Shown here: positions 14,941-24,878 of the stretch, one piece after another | Layout of the letters: every line of letters begins with the position of its first letter | Position numbering within the stretch: the first letter of the stretch is position 1 | From: an uncultured delta proteobacterium | GTDB taxonomy: Bacteria; Myxococcota; Myxococcia; Myxococcales; Anaeromyxobacteraceae | Length of the DNA stretch: 64,000 bases | NCBI GenBank assembly: GCA_963766715.1 | Contig: CAVYBH010000012.1 | Span: 480,001 to 544,000, forward strand | Reading direction: 5' to 3' | Position numbers and translations under genes: made by a program | Notes under the pieces: generated by a model | What the model saw: the letters and a program-made list of their open reading frames with translations, nothing else | What the model was told of the DNA's origin: nothing | Database searches by the model: none

Positions 14941-16284
14941 CTAGGCCGCTGGCGCGCCCTTGCCGCTCTCGCCCGTGCGGTCGAGCGCGAGCTTGAAGAG
15001 CACCGGGCCCACGAGCTCGTTGAGCCCGACCGCCGCGATCGCCAGCGCACCGAACTCGGCCCCGAAGGTGGGGAACTGGTTCTGCATCTTGGCGGCGATG
15101 CCGAGCGCCAGCCCGGCCTGCGAGACCAGCCCGGACCAGGCCCAGCGGCGCAGCTCCGGCGGGTCGCCCGCCAGCTTGCCGGACAGGTGGGCTCCGGCGA
15201 CGGCCGTGACTCCGCGGACGACGAAGAAGAGGACCGCGGCCGGCCAGAGGCGCCCGAGCAACGGCAGGTCCAGGTGCGCGCCGGCCGTCGCGAAGAAGAT
15301 CACGTAGACCACCTCGCCGGTGTGCTCGATGGCGTGCAGCAGCTTGTCGCCCTGTCGCGAGAAGTTCTGGACCACGAAGCCCGCGGTGAGGAAGGTCAGG
15401 AGCCACTCGAAGTGCAGGTAGGTGATGACCTCCGACGCCACGAGGCCCAGGACCAGCAGGACGATGAGCACCTGCCGCCCGACGAAGCGAAGGTAGGCGA
15501 CGAGCGCCAGCCCGAGCGTGGTCCCGATGGCGACGCTCCCCAGGAGCTCGTGCCCCAGCTCGCCGAAGGCCGCCAGCGAGAGGGTGGCCCCGGGCTCGAG
15601 GAGGGGACGGACGGCGGTGACCACGAGCGCCAGCATGACCACCACCACCACGTCGGAGGTCATGACGAACCCCACCGTGAAGTCGGTGACCCGGCCCGCG
15701 GGGCGCGCCTGGCTGAGGATGCCCATCACCGCGGAAGGGCTCCGGGTGATGGCGACCACGCCCCAGAGCATCGCCACCGCGAAGACCGCCGGGAGCTCCA
15801 TCCCGCGCGTGAACGGGACGAGGTCGCGCGCCAGCAGGAAGGTGGCGGGGAGGACGACGAGCGCCAGGCCGTTCTGGACGAGGGTGGCCGTCGCCAGGCT
15901 GCGAAAGCCTCGCCGGACGGCCTCGAGCCTCAGTTCCGCGCCGCCGGCCAGCGCGATGAGCGAGAGCGCGAGCGAGTTGACGATGGAGAGGTCGGCCACC
16001 GTCTCGTGGTTCACGGCGTGCAGCACGTAGGGACCCGCCACCACGCCGGCCAGGAGGAAGCCGGTGAGGTGAGGGAGGTGGACGATCTCGAGCAGGCTCG
16101 ACGCGAGCGTTCCGGCCAGCAGGAAGAACCCGATGGCGGCCAGGTCGCGCCCGCTTCGCTGCCAGTCGCCGTGGAGGGAGCCGGTGAGCTTCTCCACGCC
16201 CAGCATGAGGGCGAAGAGGCCGACCAGGGAGGCGAGCTCCGCGGCCCGGACGGCCAGCCCCTTCGGGGCGGCGCCTGCGCTCAT
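14941..16284 (-). CDS. Cation:proton antiporter (CPA2-like)
   Basis: About 12 TM helices; LPHLTGFLLAGVVAGP, IALAGGAEL, FFATAGAHLD, SQAGLALG, NELVGP. Confidence 0.85.
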   Translation of the reverse strand: MSAGAAPKGLAVRAAELASLVGLFALMLGVEKLTGSLHGDWQRSGRDLAAIGFFLLAGTLASSLLEIVHLPHLTGFLLAGVVAGPYVLHAVNHETVADLSIVNSLALSLIALAGGAELRLEAVRRGFRSLATATLVQNGLALVVLPATFLLARDLVPFTRGMELPAVFAVAMLWGVVAITRSPSAVMGILSQARPAGRVTDFTVGFVMTSDVVVVVMLALVVTAVRPLLEPGATLSLAAFGELGHELLGSVAIGTTLGLALVAYLRFVGRQVLIVLLVLGLVASEVITYLHFEWLLTFLTAGFVVQNFSRQGDKLLHAIEHTGEVVYVIFFATAGAHLDLPLLGRLWPAAVLFFVVRGVTAVAGAHLSGKLAGDPPELRRWAWSGLVSQAGLALGIAAKMQNQFPTFGAEFGALAIAAVGLNELVGPVLFKLALDRTGESGKGAPAA

Positions 16285-17513
16285 GGCGTGGCCTCCCCGG
16301 TCCGCGCCACGGCGGCGCTGGCCGCGGGGGCCTCCTGCAGCTCGCCGGCGCGACGGAGCGCCCGGCGGAGGGCCGGGGGACCGATGAACTCCCCGGCGAT
16401 GGCGGCCGCGACGGTCGTGGCCAGGATCAGGTTGCCGGCCGGGCCGGGGTAGCGCAGGTCGATGGCGAGCGCGATCGCGATCCCGAAGGGCCCGACCGGG
16501 AAGAAGACGAGGGAGAGCGCACCGCCGCCGCGCCGGGCGGCGGGGGAGGTGGCCGCGACGAGGCCCGCCGAGAGCAGGGCCGAGACGAGCCGGGCCGCGA
16601 CCGCGGCGCCGACGATCCAGAGGGAGGCGTCCGAGACGACGGGGGCGCGCACGCCGGCGAGGAAGAGCGCCGGGAGGATGACCGCCCCCTGCACGCCCAC
16701 CGCGAGCGCCCTTGCCTCCCGGCGAAGGGGGGAGACCACCGCCAGGGCCAGGCCGAGCGCGAAGCCGGCGCCGATCGAGGAGAGGTCGAGCTGCTCGGAG
16801 ACGCCGGTCGCGAGGAGGGAGAAGCCGAAGAGAAGCCCCCAGAAGGTCGCGACGCGCATCTTCCGGCCGAGCAGCAGCGCGCAGATGAGGCCGAGTCCCG
16901 CCCCGAGCGCGATCCCGCCCAGGGGCAGGGCGGGCACGCCCCGGGAGGTGTCGAGGGAGACGAACAGGCCGATGATGGCGATCGGGACGACGTCGTCGGA
17001 CAGCGCCACGTCGGCCACCCGGTCGAGGAGAGGTCCACGAGCCCCCAGCCGCTCGATCGCCCAGCGGACCACGTGACGGGACGTGTCGGCCAGCGCGACG
17101 CCGATCCCGAGCACGAGCAACGAGCGGTCCTCGGCCGACGGGAACTGCTCGGACACCACGGGCACGAAGCGCAGCACCGCCCAGACGGCTCCCGCCACCG
17201 CGGCGAATCCGAGGAGGCCGGACAGGAGACCGAGCGCGAGCCCGCCGACACCGATCCGTCGGGCGCCGTCCATCCCGAAGGCGAGGCCCACCAGGAGCGC
17301 GATCCAGCCCGTGGCGAGGAGCACGAGCGGGGCGAAGGTGGCCACCTCGGTTCCGCTCACCATTCCCAGGACCTGGGGGCCAGCGACGATTCCCAGGAGG
17401 AGCCACTCCGAGCCGGAAGGCAATCCGAACCCCCGGATGCCCCGCCCGCCCATGAGGAAGCCGCCCAGGTAGGCGACGAGGAGGAGGATGAACAGCGACT
17501 GCAGCGTGCTCAC
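16281..17513 (-). CDS. CPA-like multi-pass membrane protein
   Basis: Multi-TM; GSEWLLLGIVAGPQVLG, GWIALLVGL, SDDVVPI, GEFIGP; translationally coupled to both neighbours. Confidence 0.7.
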   Translation of the reverse strand: MSTLQSLFILLLVAYLGGFLMGGRGIRGFGLPSGSEWLLLGIVAGPQVLGMVSGTEVATFAPLVLLATGWIALLVGLAFGMDGARRIGVGGLALGLLSGLLGFAAVAGAVWAVLRFVPVVSEQFPSAEDRSLLVLGIGVALADTSRHVVRWAIERLGARGPLLDRVADVALSDDVVPIAIIGLFVSLDTSRGVPALPLGGIALGAGLGLICALLLGRKMRVATFWGLLFGFSLLATGVSEQLDLSSIGAGFALGLALAVVSPLRREARALAVGVQGAVILPALFLAGVRAPVVSDASLWIVGAAVAARLVSALLSAGLVAATSPAARRGGGALSLVFFPVGPFGIAIALAIDLRYPGPAGNLILATTVAAAIAGEFIGPPALRRALRRAGELQEAPAASAAVARTGEATP

Positions 17514-18979
17514 GGAGCCCCCGGCGCTCCGGCCTGGCGCCGGCCCAGCTTCACTCCCTCGGCGCGGAGCGCGGAAGCGACCCGGACGGCGAGATCGGCG
17601 CCCGGCCCGGAGACGCGGTACGTGGCGGCGAGGGCGTCGAGGCGAACCAGGTCGGCGGCCGTGCCCGGCCCGCCGGTGCGAAGCAGGATCTCCCGGACGA
17701 GCCCCTGATCCTCGGCCGGATCGATGGCGAGCTCGAAGCGGGCGGCGGCCGCCAGGCCCGGGAGGCGGGTGGGCGCGAAGAGCGCGGCGAGGTGGGGAAC
17801 GAGCACCCGGCGTCCCGTGGCGTCCTCCAGCTCGAGGTCGAGCAACCCGACGCCGCGGACGGTGCCCGCTGGTCTTCCCCACCTCGGCCACGTGGCCGGT
17901 CCGGTAGGTGCGGGAGAAGAGGCGGGGGAGGCCGGCGGCCACGTTCGCCAGGGCGGGGACCGCGGCGAGGCCGACGGCGAGGAGCGCGGCGGTGCCCACG
18001 TTGGCGAGCACGCCCTCCTGGGTGCCGGTGAGCACGGGGGCGGCGAAGACCGCCGCCACGACCACCACCGCGATCCGCACCAGCTGGCCGACCGGGACCG
18101 CGAGCTCGGGGGGCATCCAGCGGAGGTGGGTCTCGCCCACGGCGACGCTGTGGAAGAAGAGGCGGATGGCGCGCAGCGCGAGCCAGAGCAGCGCGCCGAC
18201 GGTGATCGCGCCGATCAGGAACGGGAGCGCGCCTCCCACGCGGGCGAGCGTCCCGGCGGCAGGGCCGAGCACGACGCGCCCCAGGAGGACGCCGGTCCCT
18301 CTCGTGGCGGGGAAGAGCGACAGGGCGAAGATCAGCCATCCCCAGGCGATGGCGATCTGGAGCAGCACGCGCCCGAGCCGCAGGGCGATGCGCAGCGCCC
18401 CGGCCATCCCTTCCGGGCTGACCAGCTCCACGTTGCGGAAGCGCAGGGACGGCACGCCTCGCCGCCGCTCCTGGACGGTCGCCTCCAGGCGGCGATCCAG
18501 GTCGCCGAGCTTTCGCACCAGGAGCCAGGCCACGAGGCCGGTGAGGACGAGGAGCGAGACGTGGAAGACCACCTCGGCGATGCGGGCCCGGCGGCGCTCG
18601 GCGCGCAGGGCCCGATCGACCTGGGCCGCGTTCTCCTGGGCCAGCTCGGCGACGCCGGGAGCGTGGGCGGCCGCCACGTCCTCCGGCCCGACCTCGAGAA
18701 CCGTGATCCGGCCGACCTTGACCGCGGCGGTGTCCGCCCGGACCTCGACGCTGGCGTCGGCCTTGGGATCCTCCTCGATGGCGGCGGCCAGGGCCTGGGT
18801 CGCGGCGCGCGCCCGGTCGGCCGCGCAGACTGGCCCTCGCGCTGCGCCCGGATCGTGAGGACGCGCGAGTCGCGCAGCCGGACGTCGGACAGGGGCTGGA
18901 GAGGCGCCGGCGCGGCGAGGGAGGGGAGCAGGCAGGCGAGGAGGAGAAGCAGCCGGGAGGCTCTGGCCAGGCGCTTCAC
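17510..18979 (-). CDS. MscS-family mechanosensitive channel with N-terminal extension (frameshifted)
   Basis: Signal peptide, TM helices, GLAAVPALANVAAGL..SRTYRTGHVAEVG, RVLVPH. Confidence 0.7.
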
Positions 18980-19147
18980 CCGCGGGGAGGGACCGATCAC
19001 CGCGCTAGACTCCGGGAGGGCGGCCTCATCGTCAAGGGGAGGGGCGATCCCTCCGGGGGCGGGCCGTTCACGGCGAGGAAGCGGGCGGCCAGAGAAGCGG
19101 ATTGGTCTTCGGTGACCCCCGGGTTAGATTCGGCGACCGGAGACCCC

Positions 19148-19970
19148 ATGAACCTGCTCCCCATCCTCGCAGCCCTGGCCCTCGGAGCCGACCCCGTGGC
19201 CTTCGTCGCGGTCGCGCCCGGCTACCCCGGCACGACGGCCGAGGCGCAGGCCTCGATGGACGCCTTTGCCGCGGCGCTCGCGGCGCAGGCCGGCTGGCCG
19301 GCCGGCTCGATCGTCGCGGCGTACTACGAGAAGGAGGGCCCGGGCCTGGAGCGGCTGGCGAGGCCGGACGCCGGGTTCGCCATGGTCGCGCTGCCGCTCT
19401 TCCTGCAGCAGGCCGAGGCGCTGAAGCTCGAGCCGCGGCTCGCGGCCGCCCAGAAGGGCGCCGGGCCCACCGAGGTCTGGGCGCTGGTCGCCAAGAAGGG
19501 GAGGCTCACTTCGCCGGCCGCCCTCGCCGGCTGGCAGGTGAACTCGATCGCCGGCTACGCGCCGGCCTTCGTGAAGGGGCCTGCGCTGGGCGGCTGGGGA
19601 CCCGTCCCGGCCTCGGTGAAGATCGTCCAGAACAGCCAGGTGCTCTCGTCGCTCCGCAAGGCGGCGGCGGGGGAGGACATCGCGGTGCTGCTCGACGGGA
19701 CGCAGGCCGCAGCGCTGCCCACGCTGCCCTTCGCAGGGGAGCTCGAGGTGGTGGCCCGCTCGGCGCCGCTTCCCAGCGGCGTGCTCGTCACCGTCGGGAA
19801 ACGCCTGACGCCGGACCGCTGGAAGGTGCTGGAGGCAGCGCTCCGGAAGCTCGGGGACACGCCCGAAGGGAAGGGCGGCGCTCGAGGCCATCCGGCTCCA
19901 GGGGTTCTTCCCGCTCGACCCGTCGACCCTGGCCGCCGCTCGCAAGGCATACGGGGCCGCCGCCAAGTGA
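19148..19970 (+). CDS. PhnD/phosphonate-binding-fold periplasmic protein (BstB-like; frameshift near 19880)
   Basis: Signal peptide; APGYPGTTAEAQ, WALVAKKG, AVLLD, ARSAPLPSG. Confidence 0.6.
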
Positions 19971-20773
19971 CGCCCGCCGCCCGCCTGGCGGGCCTCGGCG
20001 CCCTGCTCTCCATGGGTTGCGCCGCCGCCCTGAAGGAGCCGCCGCCCGTGTCCGCCCTGCAGCGGGAGGCGGTGGGCTCCACCCCCGCGGACGCGCTCCT
20101 GCAGGAGGCGGCGGAGGAGTACGCGAAGCGCCCCAGCGCCGCGGCCGTCCGCCGCGCGGAGGGTCTCTGCCTGCAGGCGGCGCAGACCGACGAGGCGGGC
20201 ACGGGCGGGCTGATCTGCGCCATCCAGGCGAAGGCGTGGCTCGCCGAGCGGGAGAAGGACGTGAAGGTCCGGACGGACCTCGCCGTCAGCGCGGTCCAGG
20301 TGGGGCAGTGGTGCGTCCGTCGCGACGCGAAATCGGCGTCCCTGCAAGTTCTGGCTCGGCCGTCGCCCTGGGCATGCAGGCCCGCGACCGCCCGACGACG
20401 GTCGAGGACGGCCTGAAGCGGATGGCCCAGCTCCTGCGGGAGGCGGCGAAGGACTCGCCGCTCCTCGAGGAGGCCGGTCCGGAGCGGGTGCTCGCGCTCC
20501 TCCTCGCCCGGGCGCCGGGCTGGCCGGTGGGGCCAGGCGACGTCGAGGAGGCCCTGGTCCTGGCTCGCTCGGCGGTCGAGCTTCGCCCCGACTACCCGCC
20601 GAACCAGGTGGCGCTGGCCGAGGTCCTCCTGAAGAACGACAGGAAGCCCGGCGCGCAGGAGGCGATCGCGAAGGCCATCGCCCTCGCCCGCACAGGCGCC
20701 CTACGCATCCGACCCGGACGCGCCCTCCTGGATCGCGGAGGCGGAGGCGCTCCTTCGGCGCTCCGACGCCTGA
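19967..20773 (+). CDS. TPR/TatT-like lipoprotein (BstC-like; frameshifted)
   Basis: Lipobox LSMG-C; AVALGMQAR, AGPERVLALLLARAPGWPVGPGD, PDYPPNQVALAEVL. Confidence 0.6.
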
Positions 20774-23000
20774 TCGACCGGAGCCCCATCGAAACGCACA
20801 CCACGTTCTGTCGCATCTGCGAGTCGCTCTGCGGGCTGGTCGTCCAGGTGGACGGCGGCCGGGTCGTCGACGTCCGCGCCGACGACGCCCACGTCGCGAC
20901 CCGCGGGTTCGCCTGCCCGAAGGGGCTCCGGCAGCAGGAGATCTACGCCTCGCCGGACCGGCTGCTGGCGCCGGAGAAGCGCACGGGCGATCGCTGGGAC
21001 CGGATCGGCTGGGACCAGGCGATCGGCGAGATCGGCGGGAAGGTCCGCCAGATCCGGCAGGACCACGGCCCCGACAGCATCGCCATGTACGTCGGCACGG
21101 CGGCCGGCTTCGGGGTGCTGCACCCGGTCTTCGCGCAGGGATTCATGACCGGGCTCGGGTCGCGCTCGATGTACTCGTCCTCCACCCAGGACTGCTCGAA
21201 CAAGTTCGCGGTGGCGCGGGAGATGTACGGATTCCCCTTCACGCAGCCCTTTCCCGACCTCGAGCGCATCGAGTGCCTCGTCATCGTGGGCGCGAACCCG
21301 GTGATCTCGAAGTGGAGCTTCCTCCAGGTGCCCAACCCGGCCCGCGCGCTCCAGGCCATCGAGTCCCGCGGCGGACGGGTCTTCGTCGTCGATCCGCGCC
21401 GGACCGAGACGGCGCGCGCCGCCGGGGAGCACGTGTTCATCCGGCCGGACACGGACGTCTTCTTCTACCTTTCGTTCGTCCGGGAACTCCTCCTCGAGGG
21501 GGAGGTCGACCAGGCCCGCCTGGCGCGGTTCACGAGAGGGCTCGACGAGGTGAAGGCGCTCTGCGCGCCCTGGACGCCGGAGCGCACCGCCGAGGTGACG
21601 CGGATCCCGCCGGAGAAGCTGCGGGAGATGGTCCGGGCCTTCCGGGGGGCGAAGGGGGCGGCGCTCTACTCGTCCACGGGCGTCAACATGGGGTCGAACG
21701 GCTCGCTCGCCTTCTGGCTGCAGGAGGTGGCGAACTGCGTGTCCGGAAACCTCGACCGAGCCGGCGGAACGCTGGTCGGACGGGGAGTCATCGACTTCGC
21801 CGCCTTCGGCAAGAAGACGGGAACCCTCATGCGGACCGACCGGTCCCGGGTCGGGGGTTTCCAGTCGGTGAACGACGGCTTCCCGGGCGGCATCCTCGCC
21901 GACGAGATCCTCACGCCGGGCGACCGGCAGGTCCGGGCGCTCTTCGTCACCGGGGGGAACCCGCTCATCACCATGGCCAACGCCGGCCGGCTCCGGGAGG
22001 CCTTCGGCAAGCTGGAACTGCTGGTCACGCTCGACCTCTTCCGCAACGAGACGGGGTCCGTCGCCCATTACGTGCTCCCGTGCACCTCGCCGCTGGAGCG
22101 CCCCGACCTCCCGTTCGTCTTCCCGCTCATGCTCGGGCTCCAGGAGCGCCCGTACCTCCAGGCCACCGACGCCATCCTGCCCCCTCCCGGGGACGTCCGG
22201 GACGAGGCCACCATCTACCTCGACCTCTGCCGGGCGAGCGGAATCTCGCTCTTCGGCTCGCGCATCGCCCAGTGGTCCCTCTCGGCGATGAAGGCCGTGG
22301 CGAAGCGCCCGGGAACCCAGCCGAGCCTGCCCGCAGAAGGCGCTGCTCTCGGGAATTCTCCGCGCCACGAAGCAGGGGTCCTTCCGGGCGCTGGCCCGCC
22401 ATCCCCACGGGCGCCTGCGCGAGCCCAATCGCGCCGACGACTTCCTCGGGCTCCCGGGTCGTGACCGACGACGGGCGGGTGGACCTCGCGCCGGCCCGCC
22501 TGCTCGAGCAGGCGGCCAAGCTTCCGGGAGATTTCGAGCGGGAGCGCGCCAACCCCGACCAGATGAAGCTCGTGACGCGGCGCTCCGTGACCACGCACAA
22601 CTCCTGGACGCACAACATCGAGCGCTTCGCCGCGCCCGGGACGAACGTCCTCTACGTGCACCCGGACGACGCGGCCCGGATCGGGCTCGCCGACGGCCAG
22701 CTGGCCGACGTCTCCACGGACGTGGCCACCGTCCGGCTCCCGGTCGAGCTCCTCGCCGACCTCATGCCCGGGACGGTCGCCCTGCCTCACGGGTGGGGCC
22801 ACCAGCACGCCACCGGCTTGTCGATCGCGAGTCGGACGCGTGGCGTCAACGTGAACCTCCTGGCGGCAGACGGTCCGGGGCGCATCGAACGGGTGAGCGG
22901 GATGGCCCACCTGACCGGGTTCCCCGTGACGGTGAGACCCTCTTCGGGGCCCCAGGACGCCACGAGCTGGTCGGGACTTCCCTCGAATCCGGCAGCTTGA
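20770..23000 (+). CDS. Molybdopterin-dependent oxidoreductase with N-terminal 4Fe-4S cluster (start approximate; frameshifted)
   Basis: FCRICESLCG...ACPKG, GANPVIS, VVDPRRTET, GGNP, HNSWTHN..HPDDA, PGTVALPHGWG. Confidence 0.92.
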
Positions 23001-23177
23001 GAGGTCCGCTATACCCGGCGGGGGCGCGGGCGACGCACCGCGTGACGTTCCGTGACTCCTCTGGGTACCAGGCGGAAAATTCGGGGCAGGTTCGAAAGCA
23101 TAGGTTATACCGTGGGTTCAGTTTCCCGCTCGAAGAGGCGGCCCGAAGCCGCTTTCCATGGGAAGGAGAGCCATCCG

Positions 23178-24198
23178 ATGAAGAGGATTCTCAGCGTTGT
23201 CGTGGCCGCGGCCGTCGCCCTCACCGCAGGTGGGGTCCAGGCGCAGCAGGCACAGGGCTTCACGCCCGACCCGAAGATGAACTACAAGATCCTGGCTTTC
23301 CGCGCCGTGGAGACGGGAAAGCTCGAGGGCACGGTCTCGTCGGTCGATACGGCCAGCCGGAACCTCGCCATCAAGGGGCCGAGCGGCAAGGTCCGCACGG
23401 TCAAGGCCGGCAAGAACATCCAGGGCCTCGAGAAGATCAACGTCGAGGACAAGATCGTGGCCGAGTACTACCGGTCGGCGACCTTCTACGCCGACAAGCC
23501 GGCCCAGACGCCCATGAACCCGGAGATCGTGTCGGCCTTCCAGGCCGCCTCGAAGACGAACGAGGTCGTGGAGGCTTCCGAGGTCGTGGCCGAGGGCACC
23601 GCCACCATCTCCGCCATCGACAAGGGCGCGCGGGACGATCACCTTCACCGGCCCCGAGGGGCGCGTCTTCCCGGTCAAGGTCGAGAACGCCGCCCTGCTC
23701 GACGGCGTCGCCGTCGGCCAGAAGCTCGACTACAAGGTCGTCGACGTGGTCGCCTTCGACGTGAAGGTCACCCCGAAGCCGCCTCCGGCTCCTCCTCCGC
23801 CGCCCCCGACCCACGCCAAGATCGAGGGCAAGAAGATCGTCATCGACGACGTCATCTACTTCGACACCAACAAGGACACGATCAAGCCCGTCTCGTACCC
23901 CATCCTCGACGACGTGGCCGCGATCATGAAGGCCAACCCGAACCTCAACGTCCGGGTCGAGGGGCACGCCTCGAAGGATCCGGTTTCCGCCAAGCGCGGC
24001 AAGGCCGGCGCCGAGTACAACCTGAAGCTGTCCGATCTCCGCGCCAAGGCCGTGAAGGCCTACCTCGTGGACAAGGGCGGCATCGACGCCTCGCGTCTCG
24101 AGGGCATCGGGTTCGGCTGGAACCAGCCCATCGCTCCGAACGACACGAAGGAAGGCCGCGCCAAGAACCAGCGCGTGGACTTCGTGATCACGAACTAG
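23178..24198 (+). CDS. OmpA-C-like peptidoglycan-binding protein with N-terminal tandem beta (OB-like) repeats (frameshift near 23630)
   Basis: Signal peptide; two repeats (VSSVDTASRNLAIKGPSG / ISAIDKGARTITFTGPEG); Pro linker; IYFDTNKD..VEGH..YNLKLSDLRA..NQRVDF. Confidence 0.88.
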
Positions 24199-24220
24199 CC
24201 TCTCCGGTCTCGTGAACGGG

Positions 24221-24257
24221 AACGGCCGGCTCCCTCGGGGGCCGGCCGTTTTCTTTC
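24221..24257 (+). terminator. Intrinsic terminator
   Basis: AACGGCCGGCTCCC/GGGGGCCGGCCGTT stem followed by TTCTTT, downstream of the OmpA gene. Confidence 0.85.
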
Positions 24258-24298
24258 GGGCCGCCGTGCCGGGGCTTCAGCAGCGTCCTCGTGCTAGG

Positions 24299-24878
24299 GT
24301 GCATCCGGTCATCACCGGAGACCAAGCTCGATCGTCCTCGTCGCGCTGACCCTGTCCGTCTCGTCCTTGGTCCGGGCGGACGACGCCGGGGCTCCGAAGG
24401 CCGGCGCACCGTGCCCCCGTCCAGCCCCGCTTCGCCGGACGAGATCCTGGGCGAGCTGGTCATGCTGCCGGCGGGTCCTTCGCTTCCTACGCGGCGGCGC
24501 GGGTGGTCGGGCCGACAGTCAACATGACGGAGGGCGACAAGGGCACCTGGAAGGGGAGGATTCGCGACTACGACGGGGTGCTCGAGGTCACGGAGAAGCG
24601 CATCGCCGGCGCCAGCTTCAACCTGGTCCTGGATCGGGACGGGGACGAGTGGGTGTGCCAGGGCACCTGGGACGGAAAGCGGGTGCGGATCGCGCTCGCC
24701 AAGGACGGTCTCACCGTCCGCATCCAGAACCGGTTCTACGAGATGACGAGGGTGGCGCCGGACCTCTACGCCACCCAGCCCGTGGGCCCGGCCTCCGCGT
24801 GAAGGGCGACGCGGCCGGGAAGGCGCCGCTGTACCCGCAGTTCGTCCTGGCGGTGCTGGCGCTCTTCGAGGCGCCGCG
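24299..24878 (+). CDS. Secreted hypothetical protein, distant member of the 'G(E/D)A...PQ' family (frameshifted; ends approximate)
   Basis: VVGPTVNMTEGDKGTWKGRI...QGTWDGKRVRI...LRVKGDAAGKAPLYPQFVLAVLALF. Confidence 0.6.

Noticed and set aside
19102..22464. 1120-aa ORF fusing the TPR lipoprotein to the molybdopterin enzyme
   Set aside because: The lipoprotein has its own stop at 20773 in another frame; the apparent fusion fits indel errors
20770..23000. Selenoprotein (formate dehydrogenase) linked to tRNA-Sec
   Set aside because: No in-frame TGA at the ligand region (STQDC); TlpA likewise has a plain CxxC
23000..23177. Riboswitch upstream of the OmpA gene
   Set aside because: Only a small hairpin; no aptamer consensus that I can recognise
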